NCBI GenBank assembly: GCA_963750165.1
Contig: CAVVPN010000003.1
Coordinates: 3,072,001-3,136,000 of the forward strand
DNA length: 64,000 nt
Direction: 5' to 3'
DNA from: an uncultured Gemmataceae bacterium
Lineage (GTDB): Bacteria > Planctomycetota > Planctomycetia > Gemmatales > Gemmataceae
The position numbers and the translations under genes are program-made. Below the pieces are notes generated by a model, which saw only the letters and a list, made by a program, of their open reading frames with translations, was not told where the DNA came from and did no database searches. Position 1 is the stretch's first letter, and every line of letters starts with the position of its first letter. Shown here one piece after another: positions 41,001 to 48,001 of this stretch.

Positions 41001-44000
41001 TCGTCGGCGTTGGAATTGACGACGCTGCCGACGTTGAAGTAAATGTCCGGGTTGGTGGCGTTGTCGGTCGTGGAAACCAAATTGATGGTCCCCGCTCCGG
41101 AGATGGCGGAGAATTGTGCCGTGGTGGTCGCAATCGTTTCGATCGTGCCGGAGGAGTTCAGGAAGGTGCCGGCGTTGAGCGTCATGAGGTGCGAGGAAGA
41201 CGAACTCCTGGTCAACTTGATGTTGGCAACGCCGAGGGTGCCGCCATTCACGGTGATGCCTGCGGCTCCGGCGGTGAAGTTGGTGTCAAGGGCGTCGTTG
41301 GTGGAGAAGTTGAGCGTGCCCGCGCCGTTTTTGGCGAAGGCGAAGCCGGCGCTGTAGACCGATCCCGAGTCGTTCACGGTGCTGCCCGGATCGGTCACTT
41401 CGAAAATGGCGCCGCCACTATTATTGACGAGAAAGCTGCGGTCCGTGGTGGCAGTCGAGCCCACCGCAGCATATTGGAAGTCAGCGCCATTTTGGATGAG
41501 CAAATTGGTGTCGGCGCTCGTCGAAGCGCCGATGCTGCTCGGCTGGCCGCCGAGGGCCAGGGCCATCACGGCGAGCGTGCCGGCCGATACGGTGGTCACG
41601 CCCGTGTAGGTGCTCGCGGTGCCGCTGAGGGTGAAGGTGCCTGTACCGGTTTTCAAAAGACTGAGCTTGCCGGTGCCGGTGCCGTTTTGCAGGACGCCGC
41701 CGAAAGTGCTGGTGCCGTTGAACGTGCCGACCGTGAGCGTGATGTTCGTCGAGGATGCGTCTTCCACCGTCCCGTCACCGCTGAGGCCGACGAGCGACTC
41801 CGTTTTGCCGTTGAGGGTGAGCGTGCCCGGCGCGTTCACCGTGACGGAGTAGTCGGTGGCGAAGGTGTTGTTGCTCGGCAGGGCGCCGGCGGCGCCCAGG
41901 AGCAGATCGCCGCCGCTGACAACGGTGCCGCCGGTGTAGGAGTTGGAAGCGTTGTTGAGCGTGAAGACGCCCGTCCCTGTTTTCACCAGCTGACCGGCAC
42001 CGGCGATGACGCTGCTGAAGCTGGTCGAGGTGTTATCCGACCCGGTCGTGAGCATCGACCCCGCGTTGAGCACCACCGCCGCGTTCGTGACGGTGTCGGC
42101 CAGGCTGTTGATGTTGACCGCGCCGGTGAACTCCAGCGTGAGCTGTTCGTTAATCACCACGGCTTCGTTGTAGGTGCCGGGGTCAACCGAGATGACCGTG
42201 TCCGGCGCGGCCGGTGCGGCCGCGATGGCGCTGCCGATGGTGGCGAAGGCGGTCACGCCCCAGCCCGGCGTGCTGCTGTCGTAGGATGTGTCCACCGTGT
42301 ACGTGGTGCTGGCCTGGCGGGTCAAGGTGACGTCGTTGCCGTCGCCGCCGACGTAGCTGACCGTGTAGTTGATGCCGCCCAGAGTGATCGTGGACCCTTC
42401 CGGCTGATTGAGGAAGGGGTTCGTGACTGCACTCGTGCCGTTATTCTTGATGATGAGCAACGGCACGCTGGCGTTGATGTTGGCCAGGTTCTGGCTGGCG
42501 AGCCCCAGCGAGCCGTTCGCCAGGTTGACGGTGCCCGCGACAGTCACCTGGTCGTAAGTGGTGGGAGCAACGGCGGCCACGCCGTTGAGCGTCAGATTGT
42601 AGACGCCGCCGCTGCCGAACGCCAGGCTGCCCAGGTTCAACACCCCCGGGTTGGTGCCATTGCCCGGGCTCAGCGTGCCTGTCACGGTCGTCGTGGCGGC
42701 AGAGTTGATGGTGCCGTTGGTCCCCGCCAGAGTCGCCCCGCTGGCGACGGCGACCGAGGTGGTGGCGCTCAGGGTGCCGTTCAAGTACAACGTGCCGCCG
42801 CTGATCACCGTGGCGCCGGTGTAAGTGCTGGTGGCGGTCAGCGTCAGACTGCCGGTGCCCACCTCCGTGAACGGGCCAGTGTTCGAGATGACGCCCGACA
42901 GCGTGTCGTTAAAGCCCGAGGGGTCCACGGTATCGTTGCCATCGCCGCTGATGGTCTGAATCGGGTTGGGGAAGGTGATGCCGGAGGCCGCGAAGCGGAG
43001 GTCGCCCAGGGTGGAGTTGACCGTGGCCCGCAACAGGAACGGATTCGAGGAACTGCCGATGCTGGTCGCGCTGGTGACGATGAACGAGCTGCGGTACAGG
43101 ATCACGTCTTTCATGGCGGCAAACGTATTGGTGCCGGTGAACTGGTAGGTGGACGTCACATCCCCGGCGACGGTGTTGAACAGCTCCAGCCCGAGGTTAG
43201 TACCCCCCCCGCTGATCACGCCGGAAAGCGTCACCGCGGAGCCATTGCCGCCGAGGGATTGAATCGTGAAGTAATCGGCCGCCGTCGGCGCGGGCAGGGC
43301 GATGGCGTTTGCCACGGTGATGGTGGGCGAATTGATGTTAATGTACAGGAACGGCGAGGGGGAACTGGTGCCTCCCGTGGTGGTGTTAAAGGGCGCCGTG
43401 GTGGCAACGGTGAGCTTTCCGGTACCCAGTCCGGTGGCGTTGCCGATGGTGATTTCGCCGGCATTCTGGTTCACGCCGCCGGTAAAGGTGTTGGCGCCGC
43501 TCAGGGTCAGGTTGGCAGCCCCGGCCTTGGTCAACGCCACCGAGCCGGAGATCATACCGGAAATCGTCATGGCGACCGTGGTGTTCACGGTCGCCGCAGT
43601 TCCCAGCGCGATGTTCGCGCTGATCACGTCGGCGCCGCCGGTGGTTTTGTTGATCGCCGCCGCCGTGGGGTCGTTGAGCGTGAGCGAGCCGCCGTTGCCC
43701 GCCACCGTGAAGGTACTGGTGCCGCTCGAGGCGCCGAGGTTCAGGGTGCCGACCGTGATCGCCTGGTTCAGGTTGATCGTCTCGCTGCCGACGATGGCGT
43801 TGTTCAGATTCGCCACGTCGCCGACGGCGTTCGGGAAACCGGTGTTGGGGGACCAGTTCGCCGGGTTATTCCAGTCGAAGGCGCCGGCAGCCGTCGGCAC
43901 CCAGGTGTAGGCCGTCGGCACTTCGCGGACTTCCAGCTGCTCCAGGTACAGTTTCCGCTTGCCTCCCGTTTCTGGCCTGTTCTTTGCGCTCCGGAAGAGC

Positions 44001-44056
44001 TTCCTGGGAGCCTGATTCACTCGACGCAAGGGGAAAATGTTCCAGATCACGTACAT
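32057..44056 (-). CDS. Giant (~4000 aa) secreted surface protein: PATR/beta-helix repeats, Ig-like domains, cohesin-dockerin-cohesin
   Basis: KRKLYLEQLEVREVP planctomycete N-terminal motif; repeated LTK.G.G...L.G.NT(Y/F)TGG; Ig-like VNFYDGTTLL and QPTDQTV...AQWF; dockerin-like GDVHADGHYTGLDATLI/VTGLDATDV; the real start may be GTG at 44050 (better RBS spacing). Confidence 0.93.
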   Translation of the reverse strand: MYVIWNIFPLRRVNQAPRKLFRSAKNRPETGGKRKLYLEQLEVREVPTAYTWVPTAAGAFDWNNPANWSPNTGFPNAVGDVANLNNAIVGSETINLNQAITVGTLNLGASSGTSTFTVAGNGGSLTLNDPTAAAINKTTGGADVISANIALGTAATVNTTVAMTISGMISGSVALTKAGAANLTLSGANTFTGGVNQNAGEITIGNATGLGTGKLTVATTAPFNTTTGGTSSPSPFLYININSPTITVANAIALPAPTAADYFTIQSLGGNGSAVTLSGVISGGGTNLGLELFNTVAGDVTSTYQFTGTNTFAAMKDVILYRSSFIVTSATSIGSSSNPFLLRATVNSTLGDLRFAASGITFPNPIQTISGDGNDTVDPSGFNDTLSGVISNTGPFTEVGTGSLTLTATSTYTGATVISGGTLYLNGTLSATTSVAVASGATLAGTNGTINSAATTTVTGTLSPGNGTNPGVLNLGSLAFGSGGVYNLTLNGVAAVAPTTYDQVTVAGTVNLANGSLGLASQNLANINASVPLLIIKNNGTSAVTNPFLNQPEGSTITLGGINYTVSYVGGDGNDVTLTRQASTTYTVDTSYDSSTPGWGVTAFATIGSAIAAAPAAPDTVISVDPGTYNEAVVINEQLTLEFTGAVNINSLADTVTNAAVVLNAGSMLTTGSDNTSTSFSSVIAGAGQLVKTGTGVFTLNNASNSYTGGTVVSGGDLLLGAAGALPSNNTFATDYSVTVNAPGTLTLNGKTESLVGLSGDGTVEDASSTNITLTVGTFNGTSTFGGVLQNGTGTGKLSLLKTGTGTFTLSGTASTYTGVTTVSAGTLAVMALALGGQPSSIGASTSADTNLLIQNGADFQYAAVGSTATTDRSFLVNNSGGAIFEVTDPGSTVNDSGSVYSAGFAFAKNGAGTLNFSTNDALDTNFTAGAAGITVNGGTLGVANIKLTRSSSSSHLMTLNAGTFLNSSGTIETIATTTAQFSAISGAGTINLVSTTDNATNPDIYFNVGSVVNSNADDGDNISAAINLGSSPRYVEGLTEHNSVPSYGQYADSAFTGVISGSAGASLILLGEDNYNPSSGSNWMEMPFYLDNGANTFTGPIQIQRGSLYFSATGSLPGNNLTLSPASGNNARFYLDGISANIGDLNSSGAGTSLIANSPGYTSVNPATLTITSTTADTFAGSIVQTQTDGVTTASGTSGAISLVLNGTGSLTLSGTTSITGTVNVNGSSTLNASGSFTASGTGNDNIASGATLISGSGAAMTLGGAVVVNGTLVPGGYDVGGSITTAGLSFGTGGILSVDLLGNSPGVATGYDQIISTGPVDLTNAVLNLANVNVNNVNPGISLSIIHGNSPINGNFASVTGTNVSYTSLTEGSTITVGTGSSAVNFTISYVGGIVGYDVTLTRQSGSTYTVDTTFNSSTPGYGVTTFSTMGSCLAVVPAFSNIVVDAGTYNEDVVVNQPETVQIQVGSTSFNSLADTVSNNVVDLLGNLTVGADNMTTTFSSSIIGPGSLTQTGTGVFTLGGANSFSGGLTVSAGAIDSGSTSAGGTGSLTVASGADFQLDGYSQTFTQVSNSGTIENNSTTPATLSFPNSGPNTFTGVFNNGAAGGALSLNISGSGTLIFAGASNYSGSTTDNGVALQAGSTTALGVNSTTTLNNGASLALEGFNLSLGSIAGSGNVSNGGTTNAVLTVGGDGTSTTSAGLFSDGGTGTLALLKTGAGTFQMNGVTSATPNTYSGGTIVSQGTLETGNPNGWGTGSITLADANSGSIPIGLLLTNNVNLSNPITVTNNGTGTVTIGTFYTNGQNVSYFNSNITLGRSVTFQGGNTLITGFTGFITGPGGITTTTVNGSSRVSLVRSSTAYPVNNYAGSLTIGAGSPVEVEIATADGNTAIPDGATVNFANATSTLEFAPTGADTETVNALVSQVAGAGVIQPFYGANTATFNLVIGAGDASGNYSGTIIANAGSGIDLLSLTKTGTGTQTLTGVNTYTAGTTVQGGTLLVNNTSGSGLGTGPVTVGALGLLGGTGIFTGAVSVSGVLAPGGVGATSVFKTGALTFGAGGVFDVDINGTTAGTGYDQLQVTGTANLNNGNLVVNAGSGLTQGSTFTILTSTGALSGAFANGATIVAANNPQDIFTVSIMANSVVLTLASVTNGTSPTLDVTAGGVTFSALGGANDGLTVSNTAGAYTVADSAGAITLTSNAISAGWSVNGDGSVTGPTAGVTSFLLNLGDGTDQITSLDAGSANVTVDGTGSLAIAGATTTTGNFTILGFATLAVQNTLSATTITTNLPGTITATAGSQLAGTTLNLGAEGGIGTPANNVLTAGTTIATATVGPVYLTEAAGGTITSSTYGLNDIVLTNLTGSLTVTATTTDGNIIVNNQGSDLTLTAAAGGFGNVTASTAAGTLTIAGATTALFGNIALSSGGAVAVNANVGSSTDEGTIAISANTLGSGSGGYTQATTATLRTTNTSATGIVINVNTAMGGSGDAVLGGAIVGTATAGTYTVNANGGSIIDNTAFTFPNHTAAASPTWAITAFNTVFNTSGAGSIGASQLQPLIVNTTNNASAGSFVAGSGGIYVLSFGNGITFASGTGYFQVVTQAIAAGAGNIWIQTTNEGNHGLIINGPVWTQSGNIQLDSDDNLVMNGSAVIGGTMNTQQFSGNVLIHANMDLAGGQYLQMNSGSSITTTSTAANAVVVHAYPTTTGGGIQAGNITVGNGGGIQLYAAFDASQEPVQNPPVTDVTNPTNPARSGSITQMSGTILDAGATGTITLEAASLGVATEGNIGSTGSIQTNAGTVNAISTNEASATGGTISVTNQGPATFTASTTAVSGTSIGGISLSTVTGLLTVAGVNVASGGSIILIGAGGVTIAAGATLGNSLTAGINIYASGNNATLNTTLTLYDNESLYVAGNPGLLIGATGVLAGTGATYNSYPVTTQTGGVISPGSTDSPTGILTTGTVDMSAGGTFFADLTSTGSNELNVNGTINLMGAPTLTGTLGTGFNAPVGTVFTIMNASSPISGTFAGLPEGSVAVIGGLPFTVSYLANGGDSVTLTLTNNVNTATAVVASPNPVLAGQTETLTATVSLPTGTGVGFPGGTVNFYDGTTLLNTTPATLDANGMATFTTTTLTPGTHSITAMYEGDGSSPADFNTSTSTAVTLTVNQAPAVTMQPTDQTVNSGSSATFTAVASGFPIPMAQWFVSTNGGTSYTPVSGATSATLTLSNVTTDMSGNLYEVTFTNTVGSATSNAALLTVNSSTIMTTTTLTDLGPSPSLNFGGTIQPVAFLVHVTPASGSVAGDTVSLSDNNVAITGATGTLDANGNATITVANFAVGAHPITATFATQGNFAPSTSPQVSQSVVSTFQVDSATLSGNAIRLVFDGPIDPTTTQLYYSPGTTAVAPDVTVTGPSGNIKGSLVIDATNPNVATFVATAGQFAAGSYTVAVTTAVKAVGGATLTANYSQALTAAPVTPLVTAANVARGPGETVNVPNNSTGLPISVSGITTAVASASFTLTYDPTLLSVTAAALSTDAATNGNLVLNPITFTSIDAHHMQITFTIVGGTGGGHWNPTGGTGTLLTLTATVPQNAPYTDKALLATQNVVINTAAAQGDAAVDVNAYPGDVHADGHYTGLDATLISRVAVGAGTGFSPFKDLDPFLIGGVSGSSTLAVTGLDATDVSRAVVGSFPSAIPQPPSGITIMGPTGPDPRLYLAAASGSAGQTVTVQERLNVTASSGVEVDAIDSVIEFDPSKFTVANLRAGSLLPGYLVVSNIDAVHGIIRVTEFTASPVQAAFGTDGAVLLIDFTVNARAPAGPSPLKLAANNGATTTGAYNADGPLTLSPAPHNPSTLPISNGTVSSFVAGVDNYFTVVGPSSAAKNLPTPPAVPAGKSPVTLSPVFVSGVSSAVQPIQPPANALPAANPGVPTGTVGTLTLPGATGLPVTDNPTGLVALDEFWRRYGDQGALGLGDDVASAESYAPADLEPLRFADQVWALAKEELGAT

Positions 44057-44165
44057 CTCCAGAGCAAAAACAGCGGTGCATCCGGGCTCCGCGAACCCAA
44101 ATCGCCACCAGGAGTAGGTAAGAAAGTTCCAGACCCTGGACCATCCCAGACAGGGGTGTAAAACC

Positions 44166-44199
44166 GAATTGCGACGAGTAACCTCCCCCGTCGCAATTC
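44166..44199 (-). terminator. Terminator-like hairpin in the upstream leader of the giant gene
   Basis: GAATTGCGACG-N12-CGTCGCAATTC followed by GGTTTT on the minus strand. Confidence 0.45.
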
Positions 44200-44479
44200 A
44201 ACTCAGGCCGGTCAATGAAAAAACGACCCAAACATCGTTGGGCAATTTAGGCGGTTTGGGTAAATTGAATATTGGCTGGGATACGAAACCTTACTGTCGG
44301 TCTGCGCAGCATCACCTTACGGTGGTCCCCCCCTATGATGAACGTAATTCCCAGCCGTATCGGACTGGAATTCATCAATCGAAAGGAAAATTGGTGGCGG
44401 CCTTGACGGGCAAGCAAGGCGACTCGAATGGCATGGAGAGGTAGTATCCGGACGAAGAGAACCGTCAAGGACTTGCGTC

Positions 44480-44606
44480 ATGGCCGAAGCGACCGACTCC
44501 GTCCTGGACCACCTTCGCGCGGGCTGCGGCCTCACCGGGGGTCTCCAGGGACACCGTCTCGCGCTACCTCGCCAAAGCCGGCGACCAGGCCAAGAATCGC
44601 CACGAC
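44480..44606 (+). pseudogene. Remnant of an IS1-like transposase HTH region
   Basis: DSVLDHLRAGCG / LTG-VSRDTVSRYLAKAGDQAKNRHD across a deletion and a frameshift; resembles the HTH of IS1-like InsA proteins. Confidence 0.55.
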
Positions 44607-44698
44607 GGCGGAAGCCGGGGCCGGGCCGACCGCCGGGAGCTGCCGGCGTCGGAGTCTGTTTTTACAAACCACCTGCCTGATTCGGCTTACAAAAACCG

Positions 44699-45736
44699 TC
44701 AACTGCTAGAGAGAATGTGCATAATGTCGCCATCCTTGACCGCATACGTCTTCGACTCCAGCCGGTAAACGCCGTGCGCCTTGGCCTCCTTCATCGAGCC
44801 GACGCGCTGGAAATCCTCGTAGCCGACCACCTCCGCCCGCACGAAGCCGCGCGCCAGGTCCGTGTGAATCTGCCCCGCCCCCTCGACCGCGTTCGCCCCC
44901 TTCGGAATGCTCCACGCCCGGCACTCGTCCTCGCCCACCGTGAAGAACACCATCTGGCCCATCGCGTCGTAGATCGTCCGCAAAATGTGGTCGCGCGAAA
45001 AGCCCGTCACACCCAGGTCCTGCATGAACGCCTGCCGGTCCTCCTCCGGCAACTCCTCCAACTCCAGTTCCAGCTTCGCCGGCGCCGCGAACGCAGTCGC
45101 GGCCAGCTGCAGCAGCCCCGGCGGCAGCGGCTTCTTGACGCCGGCCTCGTCGCAGTTGACCAGCACCACCTCCGGCTTGAGCGTCAGCAGCTGAAAACTG
45201 CGGATCGCCTTTTCCTCGTCTTCCTTCAGGCCGAGCGTGTGCGCTCCCTGGCCGGCCTCCAGCGCCTCACGCACGCGCTGCAGCAGCGCCAACTCGTACT
45301 GGTCCGCCTCTTTTTCCTTGGCCGGTCGCGACTTCTTCAACTGGGCGTTGAGCCGGTCAATGCGGTTGGTCACGATCTCCAGGTCGGCGAACAGCAACTC
45401 CTCGCGGAACGCTTGCAGTTCCCGCGCCAGCTCGCCGCCACCAAAACCGTTCAGCACCACCAGCAGGCCGCCGGCGTCGCGCATAATTGCCAGGCGGCGC
45501 GGGTTGTCGCGCCGCTCCGTCGGTAGCAGCCCTGGCGTGTCCAGGAACTCCAGCGTTGTCGGCGTCGTCTTCTTGGGCTGGAACAGTTTTGACAGCCAGG
45601 TGAGGCGCTCGTCCGGGATTTTCGCGATGCCCTGCTGGCCGTGCTGGCTCTTGGCCGGGTCCGGCTTGACGCCGGTCAGCCACTCGAAGACCGTGCTCTT
45701 GCCCGAGCCGGAAAAACCTGCGATGCCCACTTTCAT
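44699..45736 (-). CDS. YchF-like NTPase (DUF933 C-terminal TGS domain), divergent paralog
   Basis: GFSGSGKST, DTPG, LLTLKP, NCDE, FFTVGEDECRAW, AGQIHTDLARGFVRAEV, YAVKDGDI. Confidence 0.88.
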   Translation of the reverse strand: MKVGIAGFSGSGKSTVFEWLTGVKPDPAKSQHGQQGIAKIPDERLTWLSKLFQPKKTTPTTLEFLDTPGLLPTERRDNPRRLAIMRDAGGLLVVLNGFGGGELARELQAFREELLFADLEIVTNRIDRLNAQLKKSRPAKEKEADQYELALLQRVREALEAGQGAHTLGLKEDEEKAIRSFQLLTLKPEVVLVNCDEAGVKKPLPPGLLQLAATAFAAPAKLELELEELPEEDRQAFMQDLGVTGFSRDHILRTIYDAMGQMVFFTVGEDECRAWSIPKGANAVEGAGQIHTDLARGFVRAEVVGYEDFQRVGSMKEAKAHGVYRLESKTYAVKDGDIMHILSSS

Positions 45737-45827
45737 GGTCGTGCCTGCGGAGGTGCGTTCTCAGGAAAATCCACTATGTTTGTAATAGAACCAATCCGCC
45801 AACCGCCCAGGGTGAGGCCCGCCGCCG

Positions 45828-46556
45828 ATGTGCGATGAATGGATGCCGTCGTTGACCCTGCCGCTGACGCCCGAACAGTTCCGCCTGCTGCCGCGCCACA
45901 GCGCCTACCGCTTCGAGTACCTCGACGGCCAGGCACACCTCAGTCCGCGGCCCCGCCACTATCACGCCCTGCTCGACCTCACCGCAGTGGCGCTGGAAGC
46001 GGAGCGCCGGCTGCGCGTGCGGCCGGCGGCGCCAGCGGACACGCCGGAACTGGAACGCGTCTTCGCGGCGGCGTTCGACCGGGTCCAACCGTTCGGCGGT
46101 CTGGAGGACGACAAACGCCGTGAGGCGGCCCGCACGTGCCTGCAGCGGACGCTGACCGGCGGCGACGGGCCGTTAATCGAGGCGGCCTGCTTCGTCGCTC
46201 TGGAGGAGGACGGTGCCGCGGTCGGGGCCGTGTTCGTGACGCTGCTGCCCGACGGTGATCCGTGCGACTGGGACAGCTACGGCTGGCGCACGCCGCCGCC
46301 GCCGGACGCCGTGGCCCGGCGGCTGGGCCGGCCGCACCTGACGTGGATTTTCGTCGAACCGCTGTCCGCGGGCCAGGGCGCCGGTACCACGCTGCTGGCG
46401 GCGGCGGTGCGGGCGCTGCTGCGGCTGGGCTTCCGTGAGTTGGCCAGCACGTTCCTGCGCGGCAACGACTCAAGCATGCTGTGGCACTGGCGCAACGGCT
46501 TCCGACTGCTGCCCTACCCGGGATCGCTGCGCAGGCACCGCAACCGCCCAGGTTGA
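45828..46556 (+). CDS. GNAT-family N-acetyltransferase
   Basis: LTWIFVEPLSAGQGAGTTLL, GNDSSMLWHWRNGF. Confidence 0.82.
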   Translation: MCDEWMPSLTLPLTPEQFRLLPRHSAYRFEYLDGQAHLSPRPRHYHALLDLTAVALEAERRLRVRPAAPADTPELERVFAAAFDRVQPFGGLEDDKRREAARTCLQRTLTGGDGPLIEAACFVALEEDGAAVGAVFVTLLPDGDPCDWDSYGWRTPPPPDAVARRLGRPHLTWIFVEPLSAGQGAGTTLLAAAVRALLRLGFRELASTFLRGNDSSMLWHWRNGFRLLPYPGSLRRHRNRPG

Positions 46557-46656
46557 GGCCCGGTTTTTCCCCGCCACCCCGCGGCCTCGGCGGGGTTTCA
46601 TACGGCGGTGGCGCCCCTCTCCGGGAGGCTCTCTCCAACCTTCCGAAAATAGCCAG

Positions 46657-46686
46657 TTGAACTGCGGTATGGGACCACGGTATACT
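46657..46686 (+). promoter_or_regulatory. Putative sigma70 promoter for the protease pair
   Basis: TTGAAC-18 nt-TATACT in an AT-rich patch. Confidence 0.45.
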
Positions 46687-46791
46687 ACACTTGTTTAAAA
46701 TTCGTGAAGCCCCGCCGTGGTGCCTCGCCGAGGTGCCCCCCGTGGACACCCACACCGCTCTACCCCCCTGCCTGTCGAGGGAGAACGTCGA

Positions 46792-47829
46792 ATGTGGATT
46801 GACCTTCTGCCCCGGAATCGCCCTGCCGTGAAACTTATTGCCAGCCTGCTCCTGGGCCTGGCACTCCTGTGGACGCCACGCGCGTCCGCCGACCGCCCCA
46901 AAAATGCCGACATTCCGCCGCCGCCACCTGTGTTCAACAAGGCGGTGCCGGAAAGCGTTCAGGATCTCAAGGACATTCAGGTCCATGTCCGCAAGGTCGT
47001 GGAAAAAGTCGTGCCCTGCACCGTCGGTCTGCGCATCGGCGCCGGCTCGGGCAGCGGCGTCATCGTCAGCGAGGACGGCTACGTGCTGACCGCCGGCCAC
47101 GTCTCCGGCAAGGCCGGCCAGAACGTGGTCATCATCATGCCCGACGGCCGCCAGCTCAAGGGCAAGAGCCTCGGCCGCAACACCAACATCGACAGCGGCA
47201 TGGTCAAGATCACCACCGCGGGCAAGTATCCGTACCTGGAAATGGGCAAGTCCAGCACCCTGAAGAAGGGTCAGTGGTGCATCGCCGTCGGCCACCCCGG
47301 CGGCTGGAAACAGGGCCGCACGCCGGTGGTGCGGTTGGGCCGTGTCCTGGACCTGGGCAAGGCCGCCATCCGCACCGATTGCGTGCTGGTCGGCGGCGAC
47401 TCGGGCGGGCCGCTGTTCGACATGCAGGGCCGCGTCATCGGCATCAACAGCCGCATCGCCGGGCCGATCACCGCCAATCTCCATGTGCCGGTGGACACCT
47501 TCCGCGACACCTGGGACCAGCTTGTCAAGGCCGACGAGTGGGGTCCGGGCACGAACTTCGGCAAGGCCCAGCCTTACCTTGGCGTTCAGGGCGACACCGA
47601 GAACAACAAGTGCAAGATCACGTCGGTCACGCCCAACTCGCCCGCCGAGAAGGCGGGCCTGAAGGCGGATGATATCGTCGTCAAGTTCGGCACCACCCGC
47701 ATTGACGACTACGACACCCTGGCCAGCATGATCCGCCGGAGTAAGGTCGGCGACCAGGTGGCCCTGGAGGTGGTGCGCGGCAACGAGACCATGACCTTGA
47801 CTGTGACCATCGGCAAGCGGCCGAACTGA
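46792..47829 (+). CDS. Secreted S1C (HtrA-like) serine protease, trypsin + PDZ
   Basis: GSGVIV, LTAGHV, IDSGMVKI, GDSGGP triad; PYLGV...SPAEKAGL PDZ. Confidence 0.93.
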   Translation: MWIDLLPRNRPAVKLIASLLLGLALLWTPRASADRPKNADIPPPPPVFNKAVPESVQDLKDIQVHVRKVVEKVVPCTVGLRIGAGSGSGVIVSEDGYVLTAGHVSGKAGQNVVIIMPDGRQLKGKSLGRNTNIDSGMVKITTAGKYPYLEMGKSSTLKKGQWCIAVGHPGGWKQGRTPVVRLGRVLDLGKAAIRTDCVLVGGDSGGPLFDMQGRVIGINSRIAGPITANLHVPVDTFRDTWDQLVKADEWGPGTNFGKAQPYLGVQGDTENNKCKITSVTPNSPAEKAGLKADDIVVKFGTTRIDDYDTLASMIRRSKVGDQVALEVVRGNETMTLTVTIGKRPN

Positions 47830-47883
47830 GCCGCCCGGCGCGCGAACCGTTTTCCACACCGGTTAGCGCGGTGGGCCCTCGGA

Positions 47884-47945
47884 GGTAGCGGAAGTCGCCG
47901 GACTTCCGTGCGGCACTGCTCGGAAGTCTGGCGACTTCCGCTACC
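47884..47945. repeat. REP-like palindrome GGTAGCGGAAGTCGCC family
   Basis: GGTAGCGGAAGTCGCCGGACTTCCG...CGGAAGTCTGGCGACTTCCGCTACC. Confidence 0.85.
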
Positions 47946-48001
47946 CCCGAACACACCGCGCTCGAGTTATTCCCCGTTTCATTCTTCGGAGTTCAGGGAC
48001 C

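Noticed and set aside
44240..44340. c-di-GMP-I riboswitch upstream of the giant gene
   Set aside because: A CACC-GTAA-GGTG stem is present, but the flanking GGCAAA/GACGCAAAG consensus is missing.
46560..46740. Possible ncRNA (GGCGGGGTTTCA...TGAAGCCCCGCC pairing)
   Set aside because: No recognisable family, and the enclosed segment looks like a promoter.
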